A stretch of 64,000 nucleotides of DNA from Alphaproteobacteria bacterium. GTDB taxonomy: Bacteria; Pseudomonadota; Alphaproteobacteria; Caedimonadales; UBA9215. Shown here piece after piece: positions 19,156 through 30,106 of this stretch. Position numbers and translations under genes: made by a program. The notes under the pieces were generated by a model. The model searched no databases and was not told the DNA's origin. It saw only the letters and a program-made list of their open reading frames with translations. How positions within the stretch are numbered: the stretch's first letter is position 1; every line of letters begins with the position of its first letter. The stretch covers positions 570,951 through 634,950 of the forward strand of contig CBDBFG010000004.1 in NCBI GenBank assembly GCA_965204765.1. The letters run 5' to 3'.

Positions 19156-20082
19156 ATGGAACTGCATAAACATAACATTCCTCATTATCCAGTCATGTTA
19201 GATGAAGTAATGTCTTATCTGGGTGTGGACAAAGACAAAAGATATTTGGATTGCACTTTTGGTTGTGGTGGATATAGTAAGGCTTTTTTATCGGCCGGTG
19301 CGAAGGTGTGCGCTATTGATAGAGATGTTAATGCTTTGCATTATGCCAATAGTTTGAAAGAGCAGTTTACAGACCGGTTTGAATTTCGTATTTCTTGTTT
19401 TGCTGACATAGCTAATGATAATTTTGATGAACAATATGACGGTATTGTGTTTGATTTAGGCGTTTCTTCCGTACAGTTAGATTCGCCAGATAGAGGTTTT
19501 TCTTTTCGCTTTGACGGTCCGTTGGATATGAGAATGGGTAACAGTAAAATTACCGCATCTGACATTGTTAACTCTTACGAAGAGGAAAAAATAGCAAATA
19601 TTTTATACCAATATGGTGAAGAAAGAAAATCCAGATCTATTGCTAAAGCGATTGTGTTGGCACGAAAAGAGAAAAAAATTAGTACAACATTAGAATTAGC
19701 TAATATTATCCGTCAAGTTATACCCAGGGCAAGAGATGGTATTGATCCGGCGACAAGAAGTTTTCAGGCTTTACGAATTTGCGTTAACGATGAATTAGGT
19801 CAACTCAATAAAGCCTTGATGGATAGTATAGCGCTATTGCGCCGCAAAGGTCGTATCGTTGTGGTGAGTTTTCATAGTTTGGAAGATAGGGCGGTAAAGC
19901 GATTTATGCAAGGCCATAGCAGTGATGTAATGGGTAGTCGTTATATACCAGCAAAAGAATGTTCACCCAATGTGCTTAAAATGATAACTAAGAAGCCAGT
20001 TATGCCATGTGTACAGGAAATAAAAGAAAATAAACGCTCACGTAGCGCTAAGTTGCGTTGTGCGGAACTAAAGGAGATATAA
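19156..20082 (+). CDS. rsmH: 16S rRNA (cytosine1402-N4)-methyltransferase
   Basis: HYPVMLDEV, DCTFGCGGYS, FDLGVSSVQLD and VVSFHSLEDR are RsmH/MraW hallmarks. Confidence 0.93.
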   Translation: MELHKHNIPHYPVMLDEVMSYLGVDKDKRYLDCTFGCGGYSKAFLSAGAKVCAIDRDVNALHYANSLKEQFTDRFEFRISCFADIANDNFDEQYDGIVFDLGVSSVQLDSPDRGFSFRFDGPLDMRMGNSKITASDIVNSYEEEKIANILYQYGEERKSRSIAKAIVLARKEKKISTTLELANIIRQVIPRARDGIDPATRSFQALRICVNDELGQLNKALMDSIALLRRKGRIVVVSFHSLEDRAVKRFMQGHSSDVMGSRYIPAKECSPNVLKMITKKPVMPCVQEIKENKRSRSAKLRCAELKEI

Positions 20083-20391
20083 ATGAAAAAAGTTAAAATA
20101 TTGTCTTTGTTTTGTTTGTTTGTGTTGGGATGTGGAAACTACATTATCAAGCAACAGGTAATTCATTTGGATTCTAAACTATCTTCAATTAATAGGGAGA
20201 TTAGTAATTGTGAAGAATCTTTACACCTTTTGTCTGCAGAATGGTCTTATCTAAATAATCCTGAGAGATTACAGCAATTGGTTGGCTCACAGACTAGAAT
20301 GGTTCCTGTTACCGGTATTAGTTTAGTGGGTTACCAAGAAATATTTGCTAATAATAACGTACATATTAGAAATGTTGGTGCCAGAAGGTAA
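20083..20391 (+). CDS. ftsL: Cell division protein FtsL (alphaproteobacterial type)
   Basis: This small bitopic protein has an N-terminal transmembrane helix, a coiled-coil region and the WSYLNNPERLQQL segment. Its position between rsmH and ftsI supports the call. Confidence 0.7.
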   Translation: MKKVKILSLFCLFVLGCGNYIIKQQVIHLDSKLSSINREISNCEESLHLLSAEWSYLNNPERLQQLVGSQTRMVPVTGISLVGYQEIFANNNVHIRNVGARR

Positions 20392-20394
20392 CTA

Positions 20395-22071
20395 ATGTAC
20401 AACACCAAGCAAATTAATAATTGTCACAATAGCGTATCCCTTTCGTTCTTGGAGATTGCCAAGGGAAGAGTGGCTATTGCTTTAACATCTTTTTTATTTG
20501 TCTTTATTGTCGTTATTTTTAGAATAAATTTTTTGGTATTTCAGGGAGACGATTCTACTGTCACAGCGTTCAGTAGTGACAAATCTGCATTTTATCGTAA
20601 TAGGATGGATATAGTCGATAGAAATGGTACTCTTTTAGCGACCAATATTACTACTTCTTCTCTATATGCAGATGCTAGAAAAATAACTAATCCACAAGCA
20701 ATAGCCAAAAGCTTATGTTCTTTGCTACCAAATATTTCTTTTAAGCAACTTGTTAATAAATTAAGTTCTAACAAAAGATTTGTATGGGTAGCAAGACATT
20801 TAACTCCAGCGCAAAAAGACAAAATCTTGCATGCAGGTTTACCAGCATTAAATTTCGTAAAAGATGTAAAAAGAATGTATGTACATGGTAATTTAAATTC
20901 TCACGTACTAGGGTTAACTAATATAGATAATAACGGCGTGTCTGGAATAGAAAAATTTTATGATGTTGCGTTACAATCAAGTGGGGGAGTATTGCAATTA
21001 AGTATTGATGCTAGAATACAACATTCTATACGAGATGTGCTGTTATCCGGTATCAAGGAATTTAATGCTACTGGTGCTGCCGCAATCGTTATGAATATTG
21101 AGAACGCCGAAATTTTGGGTATGGTATCGTTGCCGGATTATGATCCAAACCATTCTATACAGTTACAATCTGATTTTTTATTTAATCGTGCCACTTCTGG
21201 TATGTACGAGATGGGTTCTACGTTAAAAATTATTAACACTGCGATGGTATTAGATAGTGGGTCTGCTGAGCTAACTACTGTTTTCAATACGTCTCCTATT
21301 CTTCGTATAGGGAAATACACTATAACAGATTATCGTGCTAATTATGGCAAGATCAATGTAGCGGAAATATTTGTAAATTCTTCTAACAAGGGATCAGCCT
21401 TAATGTTATTGCAAGCAGGTGGAGAAAAACAGAGAGAGTTTTTAGCTAAAATAGGTTGCTTGTCCAAGATTAATATTGAATTACCAGAAATTGGTGCGCC
21501 GTTGTTACCATCGAAATGGAGTGATGCTAGTAGTATGACAATATCTTATGGTTATGGTTTAGGCATTAGCCCTGTGCATTTATTAAATAGTGTTGCGACT
21601 ATAATAGGGGGTGGATGTAAAAAGAATGCTACTTTGATCAAAGGAAAAAATAATTCTGTTACCTGTAATCGTGTTATTAGCAAGGCTACTTCTAGCACTA
21701 TGAAAAAGCTTATGCATTTTGTAGTTACCAATGGACATAGTAAAAAAGCAAGGGTGCCTGGCTATTTTGTTAGTGGTAAAACAGGTACAAGAAATATGCT
21801 TGTTAATGGTAAGTATGTTAATAATAGAGTTTCTACTACATTTGTTGGTGCAATAGGAAATGACATGGAGCATCCTAAATATATGGTAGTTGTCCTATTG
21901 GAAGATCCTAAGGCAACTAAAAATACTATGGGATTTACGGCAGCTGGCTGGAATGCTGCACCTATTGGGGGAAAAATCTTGTCTCGAGTGGCGAGTGTTA
22001 CAGGGTTAAAACCGGCAACAGAAAATTATTTGCCTAACTTTAAAGAGTTTTTGCGTGATATTAGCTATTAG
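20395..22071 (+). CDS. ftsI: Peptidoglycan D,D-transpeptidase FtsI (PBP3)
   Basis: It has a transmembrane anchor, a PBP dimerisation region and transpeptidase-type motifs (MGSTLK as SxxK, and SGKTGT as KTG). Its position in the dcw cluster is as expected. Confidence 0.9.
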   Translation: MYNTKQINNCHNSVSLSFLEIAKGRVAIALTSFLFVFIVVIFRINFLVFQGDDSTVTAFSSDKSAFYRNRMDIVDRNGTLLATNITTSSLYADARKITNPQAIAKSLCSLLPNISFKQLVNKLSSNKRFVWVARHLTPAQKDKILHAGLPALNFVKDVKRMYVHGNLNSHVLGLTNIDNNGVSGIEKFYDVALQSSGGVLQLSIDARIQHSIRDVLLSGIKEFNATGAAAIVMNIENAEILGMVSLPDYDPNHSIQLQSDFLFNRATSGMYEMGSTLKIINTAMVLDSGSAELTTVFNTSPILRIGKYTITDYRANYGKINVAEIFVNSSNKGSALMLLQAGGEKQREFLAKIGCLSKINIELPEIGAPLLPSKWSDASSMTISYGYGLGISPVHLLNSVATIIGGGCKKNATLIKGKNNSVTCNRVISKATSSTMKKLMHFVVTNGHSKKARVPGYFVSGKTGTRNMLVNGKYVNNRVSTTFVGAIGNDMEHPKYMVVVLLEDPKATKNTMGFTAAGWNAAPIGGKILSRVASVTGLKPATENYLPNFKEFLRDISY

Positions 22072-22198
22072 TTAGCTAAGGTATAGATGGTTTATGTTGT
22101 AGCTGAAATACGTGCTGAATATATGGTTAAGACAAAATTGCCTGATAACCAGAATCAAGTTAGTATAAGTCAGGAATAATTAAAACTAGGTAAGATTA

Positions 22199-23677
22199 AT
22201 GAATGTTCTGGATATTACTAATCATCGTTTAGATTATCTGTTAGGTCAAGATGATTTATATTTTGATAGCAATATGCAGAACGTGAAGAGAATTGTTTTT
22301 TATGATGCTGAGATAAGCAAAGGTGATGCCTTTTTTTGTGTACCTAATACCCATAATCATTCAAAAGAACAAGAATATGTAGCAAATGCTATTAATAGGG
22401 GTGCCAAGGTAATCATTGGTGAATTAAATGAAGATTACAACAAAAAATACACGGATATATCATTTGTGAATGTTCAAAATGCCAGAAAATTAAAAGCTTT
22501 TATCGCTGCAAAGGTGTACCCTAATGTTCCTCGTAACATAGTAGCGGTGACCGGCACTAATGGCAAAACTTCGGTAGCAGAGTTTGTCCGCCAAATTTGG
22601 ACCAAGCTGGGTTTGTATTCTGCATCTATTGGTACAATGGGTGTGTTTTCTAATTGTTTTAAACCGTTGCAAAATGTGTTAACCACTCCTGATCCGATAA
22701 AATTGCATAGTATGTTATCTATGATGAAAAAATGTAATATAGAACATGTTGCGCTTGAGGCATCGTCGCACGGCATTACACAACATAGATTAGATTATAT
22801 AGATTTTAAAGCTTGTGGTTTTACTAATTTAACCCAAGATCATTTAGACTATCATGGCTCTATAACAGATTATTTTAACGCCAAGAAGAGGCTTTTTAGC
22901 GAGTTGTTAGCACAAGATAAAACTGCTGTAATTAATCTTGATAGTACATATTCTGAGCCTCTTTGTGATGTTTGTAAGGCTAGAGGAACAAAAATAATAG
23001 GTTATGGATATAATGCAAAGTCAGATATTAGGTTGTTATCTGCACAGATTACAGATAGCGGTTATGAGATTACATTGCAAATATTTGGTAAAGTTTATTC
23101 TTGTGAAGTGAATATTGTCGGTGAATTTCAATTATATAATTTAATGTGCGCAATTGGATTAGTAATTTCCTGTGGTGTGGATCCTGATAGTATAATCAAT
23201 GTTATAGCAAAATTACGTGGCATTACGGGTAGAATAGAATTGATGGGCAGAAAACATAATGGTGCATTAGTGTTTGTGGATTATGCACATACACCTGGTG
23301 CGTTAAAAGAGGTGTTATCTTCCGTAAGAAAACATATACAAGGTAAGTTAAAGGTAGTCTTTGGTTGCGGTGGCGATAGGGATAAAAGTAAAAGAGCTAT
23401 AATGGGTAGCATTGCTAGTCAGTATAGTGATGTACAGTATATTACTGATGATAATCCACGTACTGAGGATCCACAATTAATTCGTCAATCTATTTTAACC
23501 AAATGTGCTAATGGTATAGAAGTACCAGGTCGATATGAAGCAATTAAGCAATGTATTGAATCTTTGGAGTGTAATGATGCGTGTGTTGTGGCTGGTAAAG
23601 GTCATGAAGAACAGCAAATAATAAACGATCAAGTAATAGAATTTAGCGATAGAAAAGTAGTCTGTGGCCTTTTATAG
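22199..23677 (+). CDS. murE: UDP-N-acetylmuramoyl-L-alanyl-D-glutamate--2,6-diaminopimelate ligase
   Basis: VTGTNGKTSV is the Mur ligase P-loop. The TDDNPRTEDP (DNPR) motif is typical of meso-DAP-adding MurE. Confidence 0.92.
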   Translation: MNVLDITNHRLDYLLGQDDLYFDSNMQNVKRIVFYDAEISKGDAFFCVPNTHNHSKEQEYVANAINRGAKVIIGELNEDYNKKYTDISFVNVQNARKLKAFIAAKVYPNVPRNIVAVTGTNGKTSVAEFVRQIWTKLGLYSASIGTMGVFSNCFKPLQNVLTTPDPIKLHSMLSMMKKCNIEHVALEASSHGITQHRLDYIDFKACGFTNLTQDHLDYHGSITDYFNAKKRLFSELLAQDKTAVINLDSTYSEPLCDVCKARGTKIIGYGYNAKSDIRLLSAQITDSGYEITLQIFGKVYSCEVNIVGEFQLYNLMCAIGLVISCGVDPDSIINVIAKLRGITGRIELMGRKHNGALVFVDYAHTPGALKEVLSSVRKHIQGKLKVVFGCGGDRDKSKRAIMGSIASQYSDVQYITDDNPRTEDPQLIRQSILTKCANGIEVPGRYEAIKQCIESLECNDACVVAGKGHEEQQIINDQVIEFSDRKVVCGLL

Positions 23678-23728
23678 TTTTGTGGCTAGTGCTATAGTGA
23701 TCTGATTGTAAATTAATAAGAGCAAGAT

Positions 23729-25126
23729 ATGAATAACCCATTATGGTCTGGGAAAGAATTAGTAGATATTTTTCATTGTGATATCGATGAAAACATTAAC
23801 TTGTATGGTGTGTCGGTTGATTCCAGGACGGTTAATAAGGGAGATATCTTTATTGCTGTGAAAGGTCCTAATTTTGATGGCCATGATTTCATTAATGATG
23901 CACTCGGCAAAGGTGCCGGTGTTGTAATAGCAGAATCTTTACCGCATGATGTTGTCTCTAGTAATAGTGTGATAATAGTTGATGACGTTATTCTTGCATT
24001 AGAAAAATTGGCTTGTTATGCGCGTGCCAGATCAAAGGCGAAGATAATAGGTATTACTGGTAGTTTTGGTAAAACCAGTGTCAAAGACGCTCTGTACAGT
24101 GTTGTTTCAAAATTTGGGCACACATTAGCAACAGAACGAAGCTTTAATAGTTATCTTGGCGTGCCGTTAATGATGGCCAGGATGCATACAGATCACAAGT
24201 ACGCCATAATTGAAATAGGTATGAATAGTCTGGGCGAAATTTCGCGTTATAGTAAAATAGTCAAGCCTCATATAGCAATGATTACAACGGTTGGTGATGC
24301 TCATATAGGCAAAATGGGCAGTAAAGATAAAATAGCTGAAGCTAAGGCGGAAATATTCCATGGTATGGATAAAAATAGCGTTGCTTTGCTTAATCAAGAT
24401 AATGAATACCATACTTATCTTTGTGAGAAAGCAACGGAGCGTGGCATTAAGATAATTAATTTTCATAATGATTTGGCTCATGATCTATCCGCTAATGGTT
24501 TAAGAATTATGGATGATTTAGGTGGTGATTCATTTAAGTTTTTAATCACGATTAATACTTTTGCACGGCATTGGGTAGGCAATATACACGCTATTTTACA
24601 TATTATAAAATTATTAAATGTTGATTTTCAACTAGCTTGTACAGCTCTTAATCAGTTTACCCTTCCTAATGGCCGGGGGGCAATTGTTGTCGTGAATACA
24701 AATAATCATGGTAAAATCACAATTTTAGATGAGAGTTTTAATGCTGGTCCTCAGAGTATGCGTAATGCCGTTTTAGCATTACATACTATGGCGCATATCG
24801 GTAATTATCGTAGTATTGTAGTGCTGGGCGACATGTTAGAATTAGGGCAATATACAGAGCAGTATCATAAATTGTTATTGCAGGATATTATAAACTATAA
24901 AATCAGCCAGGTTTATTGTTGTGGGACACATATCAAGAGTTTATACGATATCTTACCTGATACCATAAGAGGTGGATATGCCGAAAAGCCAGAAAGTTTA
25001 GTAAAGAGTATTATTAACGATGTTAAAGATGGCGATATGTATTTAATAAAAGGCTCGCGAGGGCAATGGGCTAATCAGGGTAGAATGTTTACCTTTGTTC
25101 GTGCATTAAAAGATCTGGCTGGCTAA
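23729..25126 (+). CDS. murF: UDP-N-acetylmuramoyl-tripeptide--D-alanyl-D-alanine ligase
   Basis: ITGSFGKTSVKD is the P-loop, the rest has the Mur ligase central and C-terminal layout, and the dcw position fits. Confidence 0.9.
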   Translation: MNNPLWSGKELVDIFHCDIDENINLYGVSVDSRTVNKGDIFIAVKGPNFDGHDFINDALGKGAGVVIAESLPHDVVSSNSVIIVDDVILALEKLACYARARSKAKIIGITGSFGKTSVKDALYSVVSKFGHTLATERSFNSYLGVPLMMARMHTDHKYAIIEIGMNSLGEISRYSKIVKPHIAMITTVGDAHIGKMGSKDKIAEAKAEIFHGMDKNSVALLNQDNEYHTYLCEKATERGIKIINFHNDLAHDLSANGLRIMDDLGGDSFKFLITINTFARHWVGNIHAILHIIKLLNVDFQLACTALNQFTLPNGRGAIVVVNTNNHGKITILDESFNAGPQSMRNAVLALHTMAHIGNYRSIVVLGDMLELGQYTEQYHKLLLQDIINYKISQVYCCGTHIKSLYDILPDTIRGGYAEKPESLVKSIINDVKDGDMYLIKGSRGQWANQGRMFTFVRALKDLAG

Positions 25127-25306
25127 TTTTTGCTTTTTTGCTAAGCAGTTCAAGTGCTTGTCATCATATACTGTGAAACTTTATGTGCAAAAAAATTAAT
25201 ATAATATTAATTTTTTGTTAGTACTATTATCTACAGTTTATATTCTCGTAATTTATATTAAACTAATATACAATGCCCATATTTTGATAATTTAAGGAAT
25301 AGTTTT

Positions 25307-26398
25307 ATGTTATATTGGCTGTTATATCCCCTTGCAAGTCAGTATCAGATTTTTAATGTTTTGCGTTATATTACGATAAGGACAGTAGGGGCTGTATTAA
25401 CTTCGTTATGTATTTCTTTTGTAATCGGCCCATACGTTATTCAATGGCTAAAATCCAAGCAAAAGCAAGGACAACCAATTAGAGAAGATGGTCCTCAGAC
25501 CCATTTAATCACTAAAAAAGGCACCCCTACTATGGGTGGTTTTTTAATTTTAGGTTCTGTGGTGTTTACAGTTTTACTGTGGGGTAACTTGTTCAATCAC
25601 TATACTTGGATTATTATGCTAGTTTTGTGTGGTTTCGGGGCAATTGGATGTGTTGATGATTACATCAAGCTTACTAAAAGAAACAGTGCAGGAATCTCTG
25701 TGCGTACTAAGTTTTGTTTGCAAGTGGTAATAGGGTTAATTGTATGTGGATGGATATCATATTTATCGCCTGATCATTTGCGTTACGGTACGCTTTTACC
25801 TTTTATAAAAGATATTATATTTAATATGGGTTATTTTTTCATACCCTTTATTTTATTAGTAATTATAGGTAGTTCTAACGCGGTAAATTTAACAGATGGA
25901 TTAGATGGTTTAGCTATTGTTCCAGTAATGATATGTGCCGGTTGTTTTTGTATCATTACCTATTTAGTTGGTCATATAGAGTTTGCACGTTATTTACACA
26001 TAGAATATATTAAAGATGCGGGTGAGTTAGCAATTTTTTGTGGAGCAATAATAGGAGCAGGTCTGGGGTTTTTATGGTTTAATGCGCCTCCTGCAATGAT
26101 TTTTATGGGTGATACAGGTTCTTTATCACTGGGTGCTGTATTGGGTACTATAGCGGTGATTACTAAACACGAGTTTGTATTATTAATAATAGGTGGGGTA
26201 TTTGTAGTTGAGGCTTTGTCCGTTATCATACAGGTAGCTTATTTTAAAATAAGTGGTGGAAAACGGGTATTCTTGATGGCACCTATTCATCATCATTATG
26301 AAAAAAAGGGTTGGGCGGAACCTACCATAGTGATAAGGTTTTGGATCGTTTCTATGGTGCTGGCCTTGCTAGGAATGGTGACATTGAAATTAAGGTAA
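25307..26398 (+). CDS. mraY: Phospho-N-acetylmuramoyl-pentapeptide transferase
   Basis: This polytopic membrane protein carries GTPTMGG, NAVNLTDGLDGLA and PIHHHYE motifs. Confidence 0.95.
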   Translation: MLYWLLYPLASQYQIFNVLRYITIRTVGAVLTSLCISFVIGPYVIQWLKSKQKQGQPIREDGPQTHLITKKGTPTMGGFLILGSVVFTVLLWGNLFNHYTWIIMLVLCGFGAIGCVDDYIKLTKRNSAGISVRTKFCLQVVIGLIVCGWISYLSPDHLRYGTLLPFIKDIIFNMGYFFIPFILLVIIGSSNAVNLTDGLDGLAIVPVMICAGCFCIITYLVGHIEFARYLHIEYIKDAGELAIFCGAIIGAGLGFLWFNAPPAMIFMGDTGSLSLGAVLGTIAVITKHEFVLLIIGGVFVVEALSVIIQVAYFKISGGKRVFLMAPIHHHYEKKGWAEPTIVIRFWIVSMVLALLGMVTLKLR

Positions 26399-26404
26399 CA
26401 TAGT

Positions 26405-27769
26405 TTGATAAACCTTGGTAATTTTCGTAATAAAGTATTTTATATTGTGGGTTTGTCATTGTCTGGTGAGTCTATAGTAAAGGCTATGTTGCAGCAACAA
26501 ATTAGTTGCACTGTATGGGATGATAACAGCAAAATTAGAAATGATCTTGCAAACTTAGATGTGGTCTTTACCCAACCTGAAGATATTGATTGGAATGGCA
26601 TTGATTATTTACTACTGAGTCCAGGTATTCCTGATTATGGGGACAATACCCATCGTTCTGCTGTATTAGCAAAGCTTAATAATGTACCAATTATTGCTGA
26701 TGTAGATTTATTATTTTGTTGTGATGCAAGTGCTTATTTTATTGGTATTACTGGCACTAATGGTAAATCTACGACGACGGCCTTAACGCATTATTTGCTG
26801 CAAAAACAGTCAGTGATTACGCAATTAGGCGGTAATATTGGTATTCCTATTGCAGAATTACAATCTTTACCAGACGATTTTGGTTATATCTTAGAGTTAT
26901 CTTCTTATCAATTAGAGCGCTGTCCTCATTTGAACCTTAATATTGCCGTGCTACTAAATTTATCGGTTGACCATCTGGATCGACATATTACCTTTGATAA
27001 TTATAGTAAAGCTAAGCAAAATATTTTCCATCATTCTCATGACTGTCAGCATGCGGTTATTGGCATGGATGACGAGCATTGTCGTGCTATCTATAATCAG
27101 CTACGGCAAAGCGATAAACACAAGGTATATCCTGTATCGGGGCAAAAGGTTCTTGCGGTTGGTGTATCATGTGTTAATGGTACATTATATGATAATGGCG
27201 ATGAAATTTGTACGGTTAATAGTCGATTGCAAGGAATGCATAATTATCAGAATATTGCCGCGGCTTATGCTATTCTCAAAATACTCAACATTGGGTTTAA
27301 TAACAAACATTTATCGCAGTTTAAAGGTCTAAGTCACAGGCAAGAGTTTTGTGCGACTATTAATAATACAACATTTATCAATGATAGCAAGGCAACCAAT
27401 GTGGAATCGTGTTTAACAGCGATTAAAGCATTTGGGAATAAAAAAAATCTGCATTTGATTATGGGTGGTGTGGCAAAGCAAGATGACATAGCCCAAATAG
27501 CGCAATATATTGATGCCATTGCTTGTATATATTTGATAGGTGAATCTTGTAGGAAATTTGCTGATATTTTTAGCAAGTATAATATCAATTATAAAATGTG
27601 CTTTAATATAAGGGACGCTGTGCATGAAGCATATAAGTATGCTATTATTGCAGAGCAAAAAAACTATGTTTTATTATCACCTGCATGTGCCAGTTTTGAT
27701 CAATACAGGAACTTTAATGAGCGAGGGGATGATTTTAAAAGAATAGTAGCAGAGCTGGCTTCTGAGTAG
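26405..27769 (+). CDS. murD: UDP-N-acetylmuramoylalanine--D-glutamate ligase
   Basis: ITGTNGKSTTT is the P-loop. The N-terminal Rossmann-like GLSLSG segment and the dcw position fit MurD. The start codon is TTG. Confidence 0.9.
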   Translation: MINLGNFRNKVFYIVGLSLSGESIVKAMLQQQISCTVWDDNSKIRNDLANLDVVFTQPEDIDWNGIDYLLLSPGIPDYGDNTHRSAVLAKLNNVPIIADVDLLFCCDASAYFIGITGTNGKSTTTALTHYLLQKQSVITQLGGNIGIPIAELQSLPDDFGYILELSSYQLERCPHLNLNIAVLLNLSVDHLDRHITFDNYSKAKQNIFHHSHDCQHAVIGMDDEHCRAIYNQLRQSDKHKVYPVSGQKVLAVGVSCVNGTLYDNGDEICTVNSRLQGMHNYQNIAAAYAILKILNIGFNNKHLSQFKGLSHRQEFCATINNTTFINDSKATNVESCLTAIKAFGNKKNLHLIMGGVAKQDDIAQIAQYIDAIACIYLIGESCRKFADIFSKYNINYKMCFNIRDAVHEAYKYAIIAEQKNYVLLSPACASFDQYRNFNERGDDFKRIVAELASE

Positions 27770-27880
27770 AGTTGTAATTTGCTCTACATGAATTAGGGTT
27801 ATTGTTTGCGATATATCTAATTGACGAAGAATGAAGGGCCAAGTTAAATGGTATCTGTAGGAATGAATGGATAATGATGG

Positions 27881-29017
27881 ATGAGTAAGAATTTTTTTGC
27901 CCGAACTGATAAAAGTGCTATATCACAATGGTGGTGGAGTATAGACAGATGGAGCCTTATTTTCATTTCGTTGTTACTGGCTATAGGATGTATTTTAGTA
28001 ATGGCCGCTAGTCCAGCGGTGGCGCAAAGAATAGGTATAGATTCTTTTTACTTTGTTAAATTGCACCTCTTGTACGTACTAGCATTCTTTATTGTGGTAT
28101 TTATCATTTCTAGTCTACAAGTACGCGATCTTAAAAGAGGGGCGTTATTATTATATGGTGTGTCGTTAGTGTTAATGATACTCATAATGTTTTTTGGAGT
28201 AGAAATAAAGGGAGCAAAAAGATGGTTAAGAATTTTGGGGTTTTCAGTACAACCATCAGAGTTCATTAAACCAGCATTAGTAGTAATAACAGCTTGGATG
28301 CTAGATGAAAAGACAAAACGAACTGATTTGCCAGGCAATATTTTTTCCTTGGTTTTTTACAGTGTAGCAGTCATTTTGCTTATTTTACAGCCAGATATGG
28401 GTATGTTATTTTTAATAAGTGCGATATTTTTTATGCAATTATTTTTTGCAGGATTGCCGTGTTTATGGATTGCAATAGTTACTTTTTTAGGTTCTTTAGG
28501 CTCTTTAGCTGCATATATTATTTTTCCCCATGTACAACAAAGGGTTGATTTATTTTTTAATCCAACACCAGCAGATAAGTTTTCTGAAAGATATCAAATT
28601 ACGCAATCATTAAGTGCATTTAATAATGGTGGATTATGGGGTGTAGGTCCTGGTGAAGGTGTGGTAAAGGTTAATTTGCCTGATTCACATGCGGATTTTA
28701 TATTTTCTGTTGCTGGTGAAGAATTTGGGATGATGCTTTGTGTAGTAATCGTACTGTTATTCTGTGCATTATTTGTACGTAATTTGTTATTTGCATTAGC
28801 GCAGAGGTGTTTGTTTACCTTATTGGTAATGTCGGGAATAGTGTTTGAAATTACTTTACAAGCATTGATCAATATTGCGTCAACTTTAGACTTAATTCCA
28901 ACCAAAGGTATGACATTGCCGTTAATTAGTTATGGTGGTACCTCAATGTTGTCCACAGCTATAAGTTGTGGTATCATTCTATGTATGACTAAGAGACAGG
29001 TTGGCGGAAAAATATGA
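27881..29017 (+). CDS. ftsW: SEDS-family peptidoglycan glycosyltransferase FtsW
   Basis: This is a ten-transmembrane-type SEDS protein with QPSEFIKPALVV, PDSHADFIFSV and PLISYGGTS motifs. Confidence 0.9.
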   Translation: MSKNFFARTDKSAISQWWWSIDRWSLIFISLLLAIGCILVMAASPAVAQRIGIDSFYFVKLHLLYVLAFFIVVFIISSLQVRDLKRGALLLYGVSLVLMILIMFFGVEIKGAKRWLRILGFSVQPSEFIKPALVVITAWMLDEKTKRTDLPGNIFSLVFYSVAVILLILQPDMGMLFLISAIFFMQLFFAGLPCLWIAIVTFLGSLGSLAAYIIFPHVQQRVDLFFNPTPADKFSERYQITQSLSAFNNGGLWGVGPGEGVVKVNLPDSHADFIFSVAGEEFGMMLCVVIVLLFCALFVRNLLFALAQRCLFTLLVMSGIVFEITLQALINIASTLDLIPTKGMTLPLISYGGTSMLSTAISCGIILCMTKRQVGGKI

Positions 29018-30090
29018 AGCAAAAGATACTGGTTGTTGCGGGTGGAACTGGTGGACACGTATTTCCAGCTATCTGTTTTACAGAACATCTTCTAAAAGAA
29101 AATCATGAAGTATATTTTATTACTGATCAAAGAGGGTGTGAGTATCTAGAGCCCTATAATAATTTTACCCAAAAAGTGTTATTTCTTAATAATAAACAAG
29201 AGGGAATAGTAGGGGTAATTATTTTTGCTTTGCAATTATTGGTTAGTTTTGTGCAGTCTTGTTACTGGATCGTAAAGCTTAATCCGAAGAAAATAGTTGG
29301 TTTTAGTGGTTTTCCAACGGTTGCAACTTTATTAGCAGGGTTTTTATTACGTAAGAAATTATTTGTGCACGAGCAAAACTCTATACTAGGGCAAGTAAAT
29401 AGATTCATGTTAAGATTCATAGATATGCTATTCATTTCTGTGCCAAATACGCAGTTTGTACGGGCCAAGTATAGATCGAAGTTGACTTTTGTAGGTATGC
29501 CGGTTAGGGATGGTATAGTTTCGCACAATAGCCTCGAATGCGATGAGAGTGATGACTATTTTAAAATACTTGTTACTTCAGGTAGTCAAGGTGCATCTTC
29601 TTTTGCATATATAGTGCCACGTGCAATAGCTATTTTACCTGTAGAGATAAGAAAAAAAATACAAATCTTACATCAAGTCCGCAACGAAGATATGAAAGAA
29701 GCTAGATTGTCTTATGATGCATTAGATATCTCATATGACGTAGTAAAATTTATAGATGATATGCCAGAACAGCTAAGCAATTCTAATTTGGTCATTGCGC
29801 GGGCAGGGGCATCTACTATTGCAGAGGTATGTGCTTTGGGTAAACCGACTATTTTTGTACCATATCCTTATGCTAAAGATAATCATCAATACCATAATGC
29901 AAAAGCTATAGAAGATGGTGGTGGTGGTTGGTTGTTGGAGAATAAAGACTTTACCCCCGCAAAATTGGCTGAATTATTACATAAATTGTTATGCGATAAG
30001 AAACTATTAGTTGTTGCATCCACTAATATAAAGCAAGCGCATTATAAAAATTCTACACAACAGTTAGCGGATAACATATTATCATCCTAA
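29014..30090 (+). CDS. murG: UDP-N-acetylglucosamine--N-acetylmuramyl-(pentapeptide) pyrophosphoryl-undecaprenol GlcNAc transferase
   Basis: AGGTGGHVFPA is the N-terminal motif and GSQGA and RAGASTIAE are also present. The start overlaps ftsW by 4 nt. Confidence 0.92.
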   Translation: MKQKILVVAGGTGGHVFPAICFTEHLLKENHEVYFITDQRGCEYLEPYNNFTQKVLFLNNKQEGIVGVIIFALQLLVSFVQSCYWIVKLNPKKIVGFSGFPTVATLLAGFLLRKKLFVHEQNSILGQVNRFMLRFIDMLFISVPNTQFVRAKYRSKLTFVGMPVRDGIVSHNSLECDESDDYFKILVTSGSQGASSFAYIVPRAIAILPVEIRKKIQILHQVRNEDMKEARLSYDALDISYDVVKFIDDMPEQLSNSNLVIARAGASTIAEVCALGKPTIFVPYPYAKDNHQYHNAKAIEDGGGGWLLENKDFTPAKLAELLHKLLCDKKLLVVASTNIKQAHYKNSTQQLADNILSS

Positions 30091-30106
30091 TTATGGAATA
30101 TATCTT